A stretch of 64,000 nucleotides of DNA from positions 1 through 64,000 of the forward strand of contig JBEKXL010000009.1 in NCBI GenBank assembly GCA_049512075.1, given 5' to 3'. The position numbers and the translations under genes were made by a program. This stretch comes from Candidatus Bathyarchaeia archaeon (GTDB taxonomy: Archaea > Thermoproteota > Bathyarchaeia > Bathyarchaeales > Bathycorpusculaceae). Below are positions 51,701 through 60,248 of the stretch, one piece after another. Under the pieces are notes generated by a model. The model searched no databases. It was not told where the DNA came from and saw only the letters and a list, made by a program, of their open reading frames with translations. The first letter of the stretch is position 1; the number at the start of each line of letters is the position of its first letter.

Positions 51701-53023
51701 ACATGGAGATTCGCAAACGGAACATCCTTCACCCTGCCCATTGAAGGACAGCTTCTACAAGTCGCAAATCTCAGTGCCAACGTATTTGTAGAATCTCCAG
51801 TTTGGGACGAAAACGGCACTATGGTAATTCCTTATGATAGGTATGCTAACGGAACAATCTACACTGGCATCATAGGAAACGCTTTTGCTGACGGTATGCT
51901 TGTGTACAGCAACGCCTTGGGAACAGTTGGAACATGGAGCGACTATAATGCTACCGATGCAACCACTGGAAATCAGATAGTGGGATTCCATCAAGACACA
52001 TTTTCGCAGACGTTTTCTTTCGATTCAAAATATGATGCTTTGGCGTTTTGGACGGCATACGGCGGAAGTGAATATTACTATATACGAGAACCTTACAGTC
52101 CAAACCTCTTCTACCCAGTTATCAATGATTCGTCTCAGAACTATCAGTTCACTTATAACTCGAATGTTGGTTCATCAGTGACGATTCCGCCGCCAGCATA
52201 CCAGAACATTCTCGCCCAATACATCCTGTTGGTTGGAAACGCCACTACTGCAAGTTGCACAAACATCGACACATCGAACTATTACGAGTTCTGGGGCACC
52301 CTGTATACTGCGCCTGTAAATGGCACGGTGACTGTCGGAGATGTCTATACCAACTGCTCCGGCCACCAACTCGGCGCGTACTATAACATGGCTATCTATT
52401 ACGCCAACAACACTGGCGCATACTCATCTCTCAACTGGACGCTCGTAAACAACGGCACGGCAGCCCCGACAAGCAACGCCTACTCTCAACCTTTCTCATG
52501 GGTTCTTCCTTTAGGATTTCCCAACGATGTGCGGGTGTACGGAGGGGTGAAATATTATGTGTGCGCTCGCTTCTACGGGTTGGTTCCGTCACACGCATAT
52601 CCGAATCTCATCTACGCCGCAAGTTCTGACTCTCAACAATCATTTAACTTCAGTTATAATGATGGCGCAGTTGATGGAAATTGGCCTTCCACATTAAACT
52701 CTTCCATGACATTTTGGGGCAGAAGTCTCTGCATTGCAATCTATAGCACGCTCTGGACAACGAAAGGTTGGGGTGTGATGGATTTCAGCAATATTTTTAC
52801 GAACAACACGAAACCGTCTGCTGGGGACGTGGTATCCTTTACGTTCACTGTAGCCGATGACAACGGACTTTCAAGCGCCAACTTCACAGGTTCATGGAGT
52901 AACGCAAACTCGACAGCCATATTAACGATTTCCAACACGGTTGCTACTGCTACGTTCAATGTGACTATGCCTACGCCGGTGCGTGCGACGCTTCTGGAAA
53001 CTGGGGATATACAGGACGCCTGA
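48755..53023 (+). CDS. Large secreted glycoprotein (DUF2341-like N-terminus, BNR/Asp-box region); 5' part of a split gene
   Basis: Signal peptide, GDIRFAD..YW, YSDDKGVTW Asp-box, very many NxS/T sequons. Confidence 0.85.
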   Translation: MRFRRAFASFLIAILLSSFFVFLQITPFSVVQAQPNSFLSGYSYSQSFVVKQTANASTNWPIGPIIADNDSGTSAGYLIYTNGHTQNNWGDIRFADASANVFGYWEANDTGWNSTCAIFYINVTGNVSAGDQTVYAYYGNTTAAAGVTAENIANVAFFYDEFVTSENLANKWYCEAGSWSCVNGALNSSGTGTIHVVSGTYDNVSILTRICEGNTIYEAPTWYMGNGTRGLAGVDSHMEMFPEINKVSALNRYYHGTYTNLAHGANVTSNNPPSQTVGWNVWQINVFSGNATSFINFNVTADCSIYDATDHINYTGFYTSGSYCAADWYAILNITQVPPVLASWTSEAQSPTVALNTPVTNAGSYPTVNFTYIPSLYAQPAYNSTLYIYNSTTQAIFAQVANSTPITDAVANGISYTFTVNGTYLWNVAVNISYDVFYASSNFTINAFVNGQNQYPNNYNTKIDLASDVGTHSNFTAQQSAPDGIYDNLTSSQNFGGSNSIAYCNAASGTGWNSAGYSYDNNTGTAASYAGSTSTWTNVFLMNFSVPVAGNTIQYNIGNVSLYTTMNVSLANATGSWTPVYSNIPTYDNAWHNITFAQSNFTAMNFTFYSGGIQQLFIYEMLAYGDAYYNAQLQEQFMFTNYTAPIRELDVYMGSFSNAYANDTLGVRAYLNASSDGSPLQWVTIISVLQANAWNNISILNGSSGIFFYGTPSTTLQNFTIEFYCYNSGTICSSWNVDSVVLVTASWPTTPIAASHSLGFSEGIGNGFYYNGTHSVVYFVYQNSSDISGGPTTWMYWISCYDINASTWYSVNTGIGSPQDGHYAPTISALPNGSLIIMYAYASDLQYWTSVNEANSTVSTLTLISNWNPENGANGGVGFNTLSYIQPIWFSDRLVVTMRYGGASGGYQVETTLTTGNFGSWTQITNWTSNIELYTSIYWAANVQRSTGIIAMAARGYNETTMGNNASGNTNCFFCYSDDKGVTWRFANGTSFTLPIEGQLLQVANLSANVFVESPVWDENGTMVIPYDRYANGTIYTGIIGNAFADGMLVYSNALGTVGTWSDYNATDATTGNQIVGFHQDTFSQTFSFDSKYDALAFWTAYGGSEYYYIREPYSPNLFYPVINDSSQNYQFTYNSNVGSSVTIPPPAYQNILAQYILLVGNATTASCTNIDTSNYYEFWGTLYTAPVNGTVTVGDVYTNCSGHQLGAYYNMAIYYANNTGAYSSLNWTLVNNGTAAPTSNAYSQPFSWVLPLGFPNDVRVYGGVKYYVCARFYGLVPSHAYPNLIYAASSDSQQSFNFSYNDGAVDGNWPSTLNSSMTFWGRSLCIAIYSTLWTTKGWGVMDFSNIFTNNTKPSAGDVVSFTFTVADDNGLSSANFTGSWSNANSTAILTISNTVATATFNVTMPTPVRATLLETGDIQDA

Positions 53024-53082
53024 CTATTAACCTGCAATTCACAATTAATGAATCCTGGCCATCGTCGCAAGGCTGGAGTCAA

Positions 53083-54045
53083 ATGAGTCAAAATACGTTC
53101 AGGCTTCAGCATTCCTTCATAACAACAATCACATACAACCAATCAGGACACACAGCCTATCACATCACAATACTATATGCCAGTCTCCAGCAATACCTTG
53201 AAAAACAGCAAGATTCTTTCAAAACTCAAACCACATTCATAACAAGCACTACGTATACCAAATTAGGAAAAGAGACCTATCATCTTGTCACCCAATATCC
53301 GAGCCTAACCCAATATCTTCTGTCTCTCAAGAGCAATTTCGGACAAACCCTGATTATGAACACGACCTGGGCAAGCTCCTTCAAATATGTCTTCAACGCA
53401 ACCGTGCAGTATCATACAACTATGCTGCTTAATTCTTCAGAGTTTTTCATAGCGAACATAAAAGCAACATTCAACGTTCACGAATTGTTTCCTGCAAACT
53501 TTAACTTCACTGTTCCAGTTCCGGCGCCTGAACAATACCGCGGAAGTCGTCTCATAATCGGGCCAGGCAACTTCATCAACGTGCAGAACAACCCTGCTGT
53601 TGATTTTCTGACAGCGCTCCTCACGATGAGTGTGCATCAGAATATTCTGGTCACGTACGTTCCTCCTCCTGCGGCTTCTCGCGCTGTCATCACGTTAACC
53701 GTGCCCGATCTAAAAATCAATCAAACAATTACACGGTCGCTCCTTCTCAACGTGACTCCGCCTATGTTTGAAGAGCAACTTGAGATGTCCATGCCTATCT
53801 TTGGAGGGCAATATCAGTATCACGTCACAATCGATTACTACGCAAGCAACGGAATTTTGTTAGGAACCTCTAGTCAGGATGGCACGACGAATGTTACTTA
53901 TTGGCTGAAGTACGTTTGGATAGGGCTGGTAGTTTCGCTAATCGCCCTTATTTCAGTGGCCTTGTTTATTGTAAAGCAGGTTCGAGACATCAAGAAACGA
54001 AGCAAGGTCGCATTGTTGTTGGCTGCCACAGCAAAAAGGCGCTGA
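53083..54045 (+). CDS. Membrane-anchored protein; probably the 3' part of the preceding gene
   Basis: C-terminal TM plus basic tail; frame open upstream to 52903 reading ACDASGNWGYT; internal ~40-aa tandem repeat. Confidence 0.75.
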   Translation: MSQNTFRLQHSFITTITYNQSGHTAYHITILYASLQQYLEKQQDSFKTQTTFITSTTYTKLGKETYHLVTQYPSLTQYLLSLKSNFGQTLIMNTTWASSFKYVFNATVQYHTTMLLNSSEFFIANIKATFNVHELFPANFNFTVPVPAPEQYRGSRLIIGPGNFINVQNNPAVDFLTALLTMSVHQNILVTYVPPPAASRAVITLTVPDLKINQTITRSLLLNVTPPMFEEQLEMSMPIFGGQYQYHVTIDYYASNGILLGTSSQDGTTNVTYWLKYVWIGLVVSLIALISVALFIVKQVRDIKKRSKVALLLAATAKRR

Positions 54046-54626
54046 GCCTTCGGCTTCCATCCGTGTTGTCTGCGAGTCTCCCATGACTGTTTTCCTGCTC
54101 GGGAGGCCTCTGCAGATCCGGTGTATTCCGCGCGTTTCATGTGTTTCCTCCTCTTCACCGCAGGAACTTCTTTGATTGCATTGGATTTGGGCGGGGGTTC
54201 AGAGTACCGGGTGACAGTCAACCCTGGTTTTCCAACGCGACTTGGCTCGACGTACTTGAGCAGAATTTTGTAATGTTTGGTTGTACGCTCATATAGTTTT
54301 GTGGTTTTCTGTAGCACCTGCTTGCCATGATACGAGATCTTTCCGCATTTTGGACACTTGCGTAAGCTGCTCAATTTCCAGTCGTGTTTCACCCATTTAT
54401 GGCAGACACGGCATTTGTATCCCTGCACGTACTTTCTCTTTATGAGTTTGACCTTGGACTTGCAGATCTTCAGCTTCACAATTTTGATTCTGATCTGTAT
54501 GGTCCGCGGCTTCTCTCCAGAAGAAGTGAAAAGGCGCCCATGAGAATCTTCGACACTTCCAAGCCAAGGTGCGTACATAACGACGTTACTGTTTCTTCTT
54601 GCCTGCTGAATTTGCAGCTGCGTCAT
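53898..54626 (-). CDS. Highly basic zinc-ribbon protein
   Basis: CRVC...CPKC, K/R-rich, SWETRR. Confidence 0.65.
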   Translation of the reverse strand: MTQLQIQQARRNSNVVMYAPWLGSVEDSHGRLFTSSGEKPRTIQIRIKIVKLKICKSKVKLIKRKYVQGYKCRVCHKWVKHDWKLSSLRKCPKCGKISYHGKQVLQKTTKLYERTTKHYKILLKYVEPSRVGKPGLTVTRYSEPPPKSNAIKEVPAVKRRKHMKRAEYTGSAEASRAGKQSWETRRQHGWKPKAQRLFAVAANNNATLLRFLMSRTCFTINKATEIRAISETTSPIQTYFSQ

Positions 54627-54628
54627 TT

Positions 54629-54949
54629 TTAATGACCTGCCCTGTTAGAGCTCGCATCGGCCATGGTCCTTTCATCGTTAAGTATCGCACGGAAAACTGG
54701 ACCTAAACCGCTCCATTCTATGATCTCTTCACTACTAAGGGCTTCTAAGTCTGCCTTGATGTGGTCGACCACACTGTATTCAAGATAGGCAACCGGGCTA
54801 GAACCGTAGCCACCAGGCGTTCTTCTTAAGAAGTCCATTAGTCTCTTTGGGATCCGTAAGGTGACGTTTTCAAACTCGATTTTAGCAAGTTCCTTCTGTC
54901 TCTGTCGGTTCCGAGTTTGCTGATGAGTTTCTACATTCTCAGTTTCCAA
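54629..54949 (-). CDS. Ribbon-helix-helix-like protein
   Basis: VTLRIPKRLMDFLR. Confidence 0.7.
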   Translation of the reverse strand: METENVETHQQTRNRQRQKELAKIEFENVTLRIPKRLMDFLRRTPGGYGSSPVAYLEYSVVDHIKADLEALSSEEIIEWSGLGPVFRAILNDERTMADASSNRAGH

Positions 54950-55098
54950 GCTTTCTCCTCCTTAACACGCGCTAGAAAACGCCGGTGTCCAAGATTTCGC
55001 GCATGTTTTTGTGGACGTCGGGAATTGTCATGGAGTAAACGCGGCGTAGCCTCTCGGCAATTTGTCGAAACTCGTTGGCAAGTGACTCGCGCTCATCA

Positions 55099-55311
55099 TC
55101 AGGAAGACGCTTGACCATTTTTCCGCACCTCCTTTTTGTTCAGTTCCTTCAGAATGGCCACGGATTCTTTGAATCTGGCAAATCGTTCGTCCGGCAGTTC
55201 TGACACAGAAAACGAACCATCGATAACATTGAACGAAAAAAAACTCGAAGAATACTTCTGGATCCCTCTCGAAGAGCTTGGCGTTTTATCAACGGCCACT
55301 GGTTTCGACAT
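55099..55311 (-). CDS. Small hypothetical protein
   Basis: 70 aa ORF with upstream TATA-like TTTAAG. Confidence 0.45.
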   Translation of the reverse strand: MSKPVAVDKTPSSSRGIQKYSSSFFSFNVIDGSFSVSELPDERFARFKESVAILKELNKKEVRKNGQASS

Positions 55312-55548
55312 AGGCGAAGAATTGTAGCTGTTTCCTTAAAAGCCTTTCTAAAAGGGGCTTGTAAAACAGGTGTTTTGCTAAAATAGCTTGTAATACCACT
55401 TAGTTTCGCAGAAGGACGGTATTACAAGGGATTACCCGTAAAGAGAGGTAGCGGAAACCTTTACGATAAGATGCGTGAAGGTTTTAATGGTCATAGCGCG
55501 CGCGCTCTTGCCGTTCATATTCAATTTGGATGAGATTAGGACCAAGAC

Positions 55549-56349
55549 TCACTTTTTCTTAATCTCTATAGGTGCTTTAATTTCCTTCATTCCCCAACTA
55601 TTTTCAGAAAATACGTAGACAGTCACCATACCTTTTTGCATGTTTTTTGGTGTTCGCACTATGTTTTGAAATACGAATACTTCTTGTGGGGGAATAGTTT
55701 GAAAGTTATCCGATGGAGCAAACACAACGCCACAATGGGTTTTCTGTCTTGAGAATTTCCTAGGGAAATCTAAACGAGTGTATTTTGGGTCATCTGAAGG
55801 CACTACTTCAAAACCGTCGCCAAAATATATTTCAACCGCTACATTCTTCAATGTAGTGAAACCCAAGTTTTGAACACGTGTGTTTACGATGTTCTCTTTC
55901 TCAGGGTCCAGCACGACCTTATCAACATAATCCTCTTCTGCAATAGCGTTTCCATCGTCAACCCCGAAAGTAACGAATATATCAACTTTTGTTAAGAGTG
56001 GCAATTCAACAACCCAAAAGACTGTAATGGATAACCCCAAGGCGACCAACGTTGGAAGTTGTTCTATTGTGAAAGAAGTACCAAGAATTAAATCAAGAAT
56101 CAAGGAAAACATCAAAGGTAACAAAAACAGCAATATCTGTCGAAAGATTACAAGAATATTTAACCGTTTTCTGAACCAATCTTTGCTCCTGAGATTGCGG
56201 CTTTTTTTAGCATATACAAGAAAAATAGAGACTGCTAAAAACGGCACATAATAAAGAAGTACTAAATAAAGCACGTTACACAGCCACAACATAGTGGTTG
56301 TCTTCTGTTGCTGTGCCGATTTAAGATTTCTGTCTTCTTCGTACGGCAT
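55549..56349 (-). CDS. Low-GC membrane protein with C-terminal Ig-like domain
   Basis: Three TM segments followed by a beta-rich domain; visibly AT-rich; start uncertain. Confidence 0.75.
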   Translation of the reverse strand: MPYEEDRNLKSAQQQKTTTMLWLCNVLYLVLLYYVPFLAVSIFLVYAKKSRNLRSKDWFRKRLNILVIFRQILLFLLPLMFSLILDLILGTSFTIEQLPTLVALGLSITVFWVVELPLLTKVDIFVTFGVDDGNAIAEEDYVDKVVLDPEKENIVNTRVQNLGFTTLKNVAVEIYFGDGFEVVPSDDPKYTRLDFPRKFSRQKTHCGVVFAPSDNFQTIPPQEVFVFQNIVRTPKNMQKGMVTVYVFSENSWGMKEIKAPIEIKKK

Positions 56350-56498
56350 GGGAAAGGCTGGAAAAACAAGTTTTAGCGCGCGCGCCATCAAACCGCTTCC
56401 ACGACACAAATGTGCAGAATCATTCTTGCCTTCGCGCTCTCCAGCAGTGGAAAAGTCTTTTGAGCAACATTGTCCCCTCAATTACAGAGCGGCGCACT

Positions 56499-58145
56499 AT
56501 GAAAATAAATAGAAAGATTGTTTCCGCAGCCATCCTCATTGCGATAGTTGTGCTCATCGTTGCCACGACATTTTCCTACTATGCTTTCTATCCCAATGTC
56601 TTCCAGGTCAATGGGAGGTTTTCAGTGCGGGGACTTGATTTGAGCAAGTCTTTCGAGGGCTCGACAATGGCGACTTCATTCTTAGTCCTCAAGACTTTCG
56701 ATAACGAGCAACTCAACGCGAGTCTCGAGGCGAACAACGGTTGGACCGCTGAATCATTAACGCTTTATAACATATCCTCCCAAGAAGACACAATCCTTTT
56801 TCAGACAAATGGCTCAGTGTCGCTTACCATTAGCCAACCCACTTTTTTGTTCATAAGCCTACAGAACCTGAGTGTTTCAGTGCTAACGGGACCGGCCGAT
56901 GGCGCTTTCTTCTTGGATGAAGCAGGAGGAAGCCTGCTGCTGACCAACGTAACCATCGCCTCCGTTCCTTTTCCCGAAGGAACCATCCCTATCGATCTTC
57001 AAGTGGCAGGTGGCAGCATATCAATTTCTGGCAACTCTTCTTCAGTCAGTTTGGACAACTCTGGCCATGGTGTGGACATAAGACTCATTGCAAGAATCCT
57101 TAAGCAAACAAATCTTGTCGCAGCAGGCAGATTTCAAGTTGAAAGTAACATCTTTTCGTCGGTTGAGGTCGATTGCTGGTCTTCTCCCATTGACACGTAT
57201 TTCACGTTTGCAGATGGCTTTTTGTCGTATTCAGGGATTTCCCAGAAGATTTCGGGAAGCCAGAATTTGAACCTCACAGGTTTCAAGGGTGCAATCACTC
57301 TCCTCAATCCTCAGCCGCCTCACGACATCATAATACAGGGCAGTGTCACGAAGATACAGTTGGGTGAGAGTGAAGTCACCGCACCTACCCCGTTCAGAGA
57401 CTTGGTTCAAACTCTCACCCCCTACTCGGGTTTCATACTGATTGTCGCGTCGGTAGGTCTTTCCCAGCTTGTCGAAATGTGGAAAGACAGGCGAAAGGAA
57501 AGGAAAGAAAAAGCGAGGGAACTCTCGAAAGAAGTCAAGGACGACCTCTGCGCACCTTTGCTCCAAAATCTGGAAGACTATTTCGAGCCTCAGATCAGGC
57601 TTCGCGAGCTGGGAGCGTGGGTATTTCTCGGCGGGTTTGTCTCTCACAATGAGAACGCTGTTGAAGTGTCTCGTCTGGAGCTTAACGTCAGCAAACGATT
57701 GTTAGTGGAAGCAGAAAGTAGTCTTCCGGACCTGCATACGAAGGTCGAGAAGTTCGCGCTGTTGTTGAGAGAGTATAACGAAGCATACAAGAGACTTGCA
57801 AAGACTGCTGAACCTTTGATCAAGGACGCTGATTTCACTTTGGAGCCAAATCTGATGGCAAGAGCAGGGCGTTCAATAGCGGCTCCGAAAGATAAAGGTG
57901 GGGCTTACGAATGGGCTTTCATGTCGTTGTTGGGTGCGAGTGAAGATGACTTGGAGGGCAGGCTTGATGGAAAACAAAAGGATTTAGGGCAAAAAATACT
58001 TGGCGAGCTTCAAAAGCATGACGGTGTCATGGACGAAGTTAGGGCCTTCGGCGAAATAGTCGAAAAGCTGCAAACCTCACTAGCAGATCTCAAGGTCAAT
58101 CTTGAAGAGCTTATGAAATCCCAAACGATTCCATGGGAGACTTGA
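56499..58145 (+). CDS. Membrane protein (extracellular beta domain, TM, cytoplasmic helical domain)
   Basis: N-terminal anchor, NxS/T-rich region, second TM, charged C-terminus. Confidence 0.8.
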   Translation: MKINRKIVSAAILIAIVVLIVATTFSYYAFYPNVFQVNGRFSVRGLDLSKSFEGSTMATSFLVLKTFDNEQLNASLEANNGWTAESLTLYNISSQEDTILFQTNGSVSLTISQPTFLFISLQNLSVSVLTGPADGAFFLDEAGGSLLLTNVTIASVPFPEGTIPIDLQVAGGSISISGNSSSVSLDNSGHGVDIRLIARILKQTNLVAAGRFQVESNIFSSVEVDCWSSPIDTYFTFADGFLSYSGISQKISGSQNLNLTGFKGAITLLNPQPPHDIIIQGSVTKIQLGESEVTAPTPFRDLVQTLTPYSGFILIVASVGLSQLVEMWKDRRKERKEKARELSKEVKDDLCAPLLQNLEDYFEPQIRLRELGAWVFLGGFVSHNENAVEVSRLELNVSKRLLVEAESSLPDLHTKVEKFALLLREYNEAYKRLAKTAEPLIKDADFTLEPNLMARAGRSIAAPKDKGGAYEWAFMSLLGASEDDLEGRLDGKQKDLGQKILGELQKHDGVMDEVRAFGEIVEKLQTSLADLKVNLEELMKSQTIPWET

Positions 58146-58298
58146 CAGCCGTCAGTTAATGTTCTGTATTCACAGGTGGAAGAGATTACTTAAGCAGACC
58201 TGGTGAAAGGATGCCCTCCATTCAATAGACTCCCTCTAATGCCCTGCCTGGACAAGAGTTATAACAGAGCACAGGAGAGAGCTGACTTGTGAAAGCTC

Positions 58299-58856
58299 AT
58301 GCAGAAACCTGACCTAAGTAGGATGTGGGAAACTTTCGTAAAACTTCAAGTCGAACCAGGAAGAACCACGACAGATTCTATCCTTAACACTGTCCGGATA
58401 AAGATACCTCCGCTTATATCGAGAATTAATGGATTGATTGACTGGTACTGCTTTCTGGTGCATGGGAGAAAAAGCGGCGTTCCAACTTCTGAAAATGACG
58501 GCAATGCGTATTTGCATATTAGACTTTCACTCAAGCAAAACGTTAACCCCGAAGATTTCCTAGAATCGCTTCCAACCTACTGTCTTATGACAAGAAAAGT
58601 AGAGCGAGAATGGGTCAAAGACATTTCTACCGGTGAAGGGACAAAGTTTGACACATCGTCATTGAAGGACGAGAAGATTGAAGAAGCTTGGAGAATTATT
58701 GGGGAACAATCTGAATGGCTCTTGAACATGTTGAGCATCTACAGAAACGACGTCCAAATACCGCTCCAGCACATCGGACAATGGTTTCATTATTTCTTTA
58801 ACATGACTGGCCTGTCGATCGTGTGTCCTAACTGCGGAAATCCTATTTCAATCTGA
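58299..58856 (+). CDS. Hypothetical protein with C-terminal zinc knuckle
   Basis: WYCFLVH, YLHIRL, CPNCG. Confidence 0.75.
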   Translation: MQKPDLSRMWETFVKLQVEPGRTTTDSILNTVRIKIPPLISRINGLIDWYCFLVHGRKSGVPTSENDGNAYLHIRLSLKQNVNPEDFLESLPTYCLMTRKVEREWVKDISTGEGTKFDTSSLKDEKIEEAWRIIGEQSEWLLNMLSIYRNDVQIPLQHIGQWFHYFFNMTGLSIVCPNCGNPISI

Positions 58857-58860
58857 AGCG

Positions 58861-59565
58861 TCATATGCGCTCCTGGCCTTGCCACCAAGCCCTTCGAATC
58901 GTCTTGGCTCTCAGATCTGTTATCTTGCTCAGCTTTTTCATGAGAACTTCAACCTTGGCAAGTTCAGGCTCTGGCAAATAGTTCTTCTTGCTGTCATATC
59001 CTACGTAGCAGACTTCAGGTCCTATCTCACGAACCCACTTTTCCATGGTTTCAACGTCAAAGTCTATGACCGGCTCCATCGTGACAATCTTCTTTGGATG
59101 GCGAAGATTCAACATCGCCTTGTACCTCTGCGAAGGGAGAGGCGCTTTGGACATTCCGCTGTAGAGGTCATCCCTGTTGGTTTCAAGTGTTGTCCCAAGA
59201 AGAACGTTTTCTGGAAAACGGTAATCGCTGAACACGCTTGGATTCTTGGACTGTATCAAGAACGTTCTATCGTGCAGCTGCTCGATTCTTGCGAGTATTT
59301 GCTCCATCCATTCAGGCTCGCAGAAAGCAACGTCCCCCATGTCGCAGCAAAATATGAAGTCGTTTTTGTTTGTTCTCGGCAAGGACCTGATCAGTCTTTC
59401 AGGGTGAAAGTGCGGCGTGAAATTGTAGCAGTCCAAGCAGTGTTTTTTTCGACGCTTCATCTGTCTCTTAAAACTCGACTCGCAATAGACACAGTCATGC
59501 TCACAGCCCACAAACGGATTCCACGATTCAACAGACTGCCTGTACATGTTGTTGTTCATTGTCAT
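58861..59565 (-). CDS. DUF5131 (phage Gp37/Gp68)-like radical-SAM-related protein
   Basis: SWNPFVGCEHDCVYC, CDMGD, QSKNP, LGTTLET, MEP. Confidence 0.85.
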   Translation of the reverse strand: MTMNNNMYRQSVESWNPFVGCEHDCVYCESSFKRQMKRRKKHCLDCYNFTPHFHPERLIRSLPRTNKNDFIFCCDMGDVAFCEPEWMEQILARIEQLHDRTFLIQSKNPSVFSDYRFPENVLLGTTLETNRDDLYSGMSKAPLPSQRYKAMLNLRHPKKIVTMEPVIDFDVETMEKWVREIGPEVCYVGYDSKKNYLPEPELAKVEVLMKKLSKITDLRAKTIRRAWWQGQERI

Positions 59566-59579
59566 TGTTCCTCACCGGG

Positions 59580-59945
59580 TCAAGGGAAGCTCCATGATAC
59601 GAGTTCCCAGTCGATGCCTTTCGGCCTGTTCTTTCCCTCGGTAACCCCTTGGTCTATCATTTCTCCAATCTTTGTCCAGTCCCTCACGGTCATCTTAATT
59701 TTAGCTCTGCGAATAATCAGCTTCATTAACGCCTCTGGTTCGTCAACGTAGTCGACGGAAACGATTTTGACGTTTTTCCTGTTCAACTGCTCCTTCATCA
59801 GTGGACCATCTAACACGATGAGGTCGTTGGTGACTGAGAGCAGGCGACCCGACACCGTTGTTTCTTCCTGTGCTGGACTGACGTAGTTTATCTGCACTTT
59901 CTTGCCGATGAGATGTTTCAAGTCTGTGTTGTTGGCTGATTCCAT
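59580..59945 (-). CDS. Sm/LSm-like domain protein
   Basis: LKHLIGKKVQI...VSGRLLSV...LIVLD Sm1-like pattern. Confidence 0.55.
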   Translation of the reverse strand: MESANNTDLKHLIGKKVQINYVSPAQEETTVSGRLLSVTNDLIVLDGPLMKEQLNRKNVKIVSVDYVDEPEALMKLIIRRAKIKMTVRDWTKIGEMIDQGVTEGKNRPKGIDWELVSWSFP

Positions 59946-60248
59946 ATTCTCACTCCTGTAATGCAATACGTCATGTTCATTGTGTATAAAGGTTTAATCT
60001 AAAATTGCATCAATGACAAATCCATTTTTGAAGCCACTGAACTTCTTCTGAGAAACATACGGGCAACACTCGAGGGCGGCGTCGGCAAAGCTTGAACACA
60101 AATCTCCTGACACCATGGACAAGACCGAGCAAAAGTGAAGCGTTTAGCCCTGCCTTGACAACCTGAAATGCCTAGTCAGTCATCCATTAACAAATATGAG
60201 CAAGTTTATCTCCCTGAAAGATCGAGATAGTCTGAGGGGAAGCTCAAG

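Noticed and set aside
58879-59751. 290-aa plus-strand ORF
   Set aside because: Antisense shadow of the DUF5131 gene
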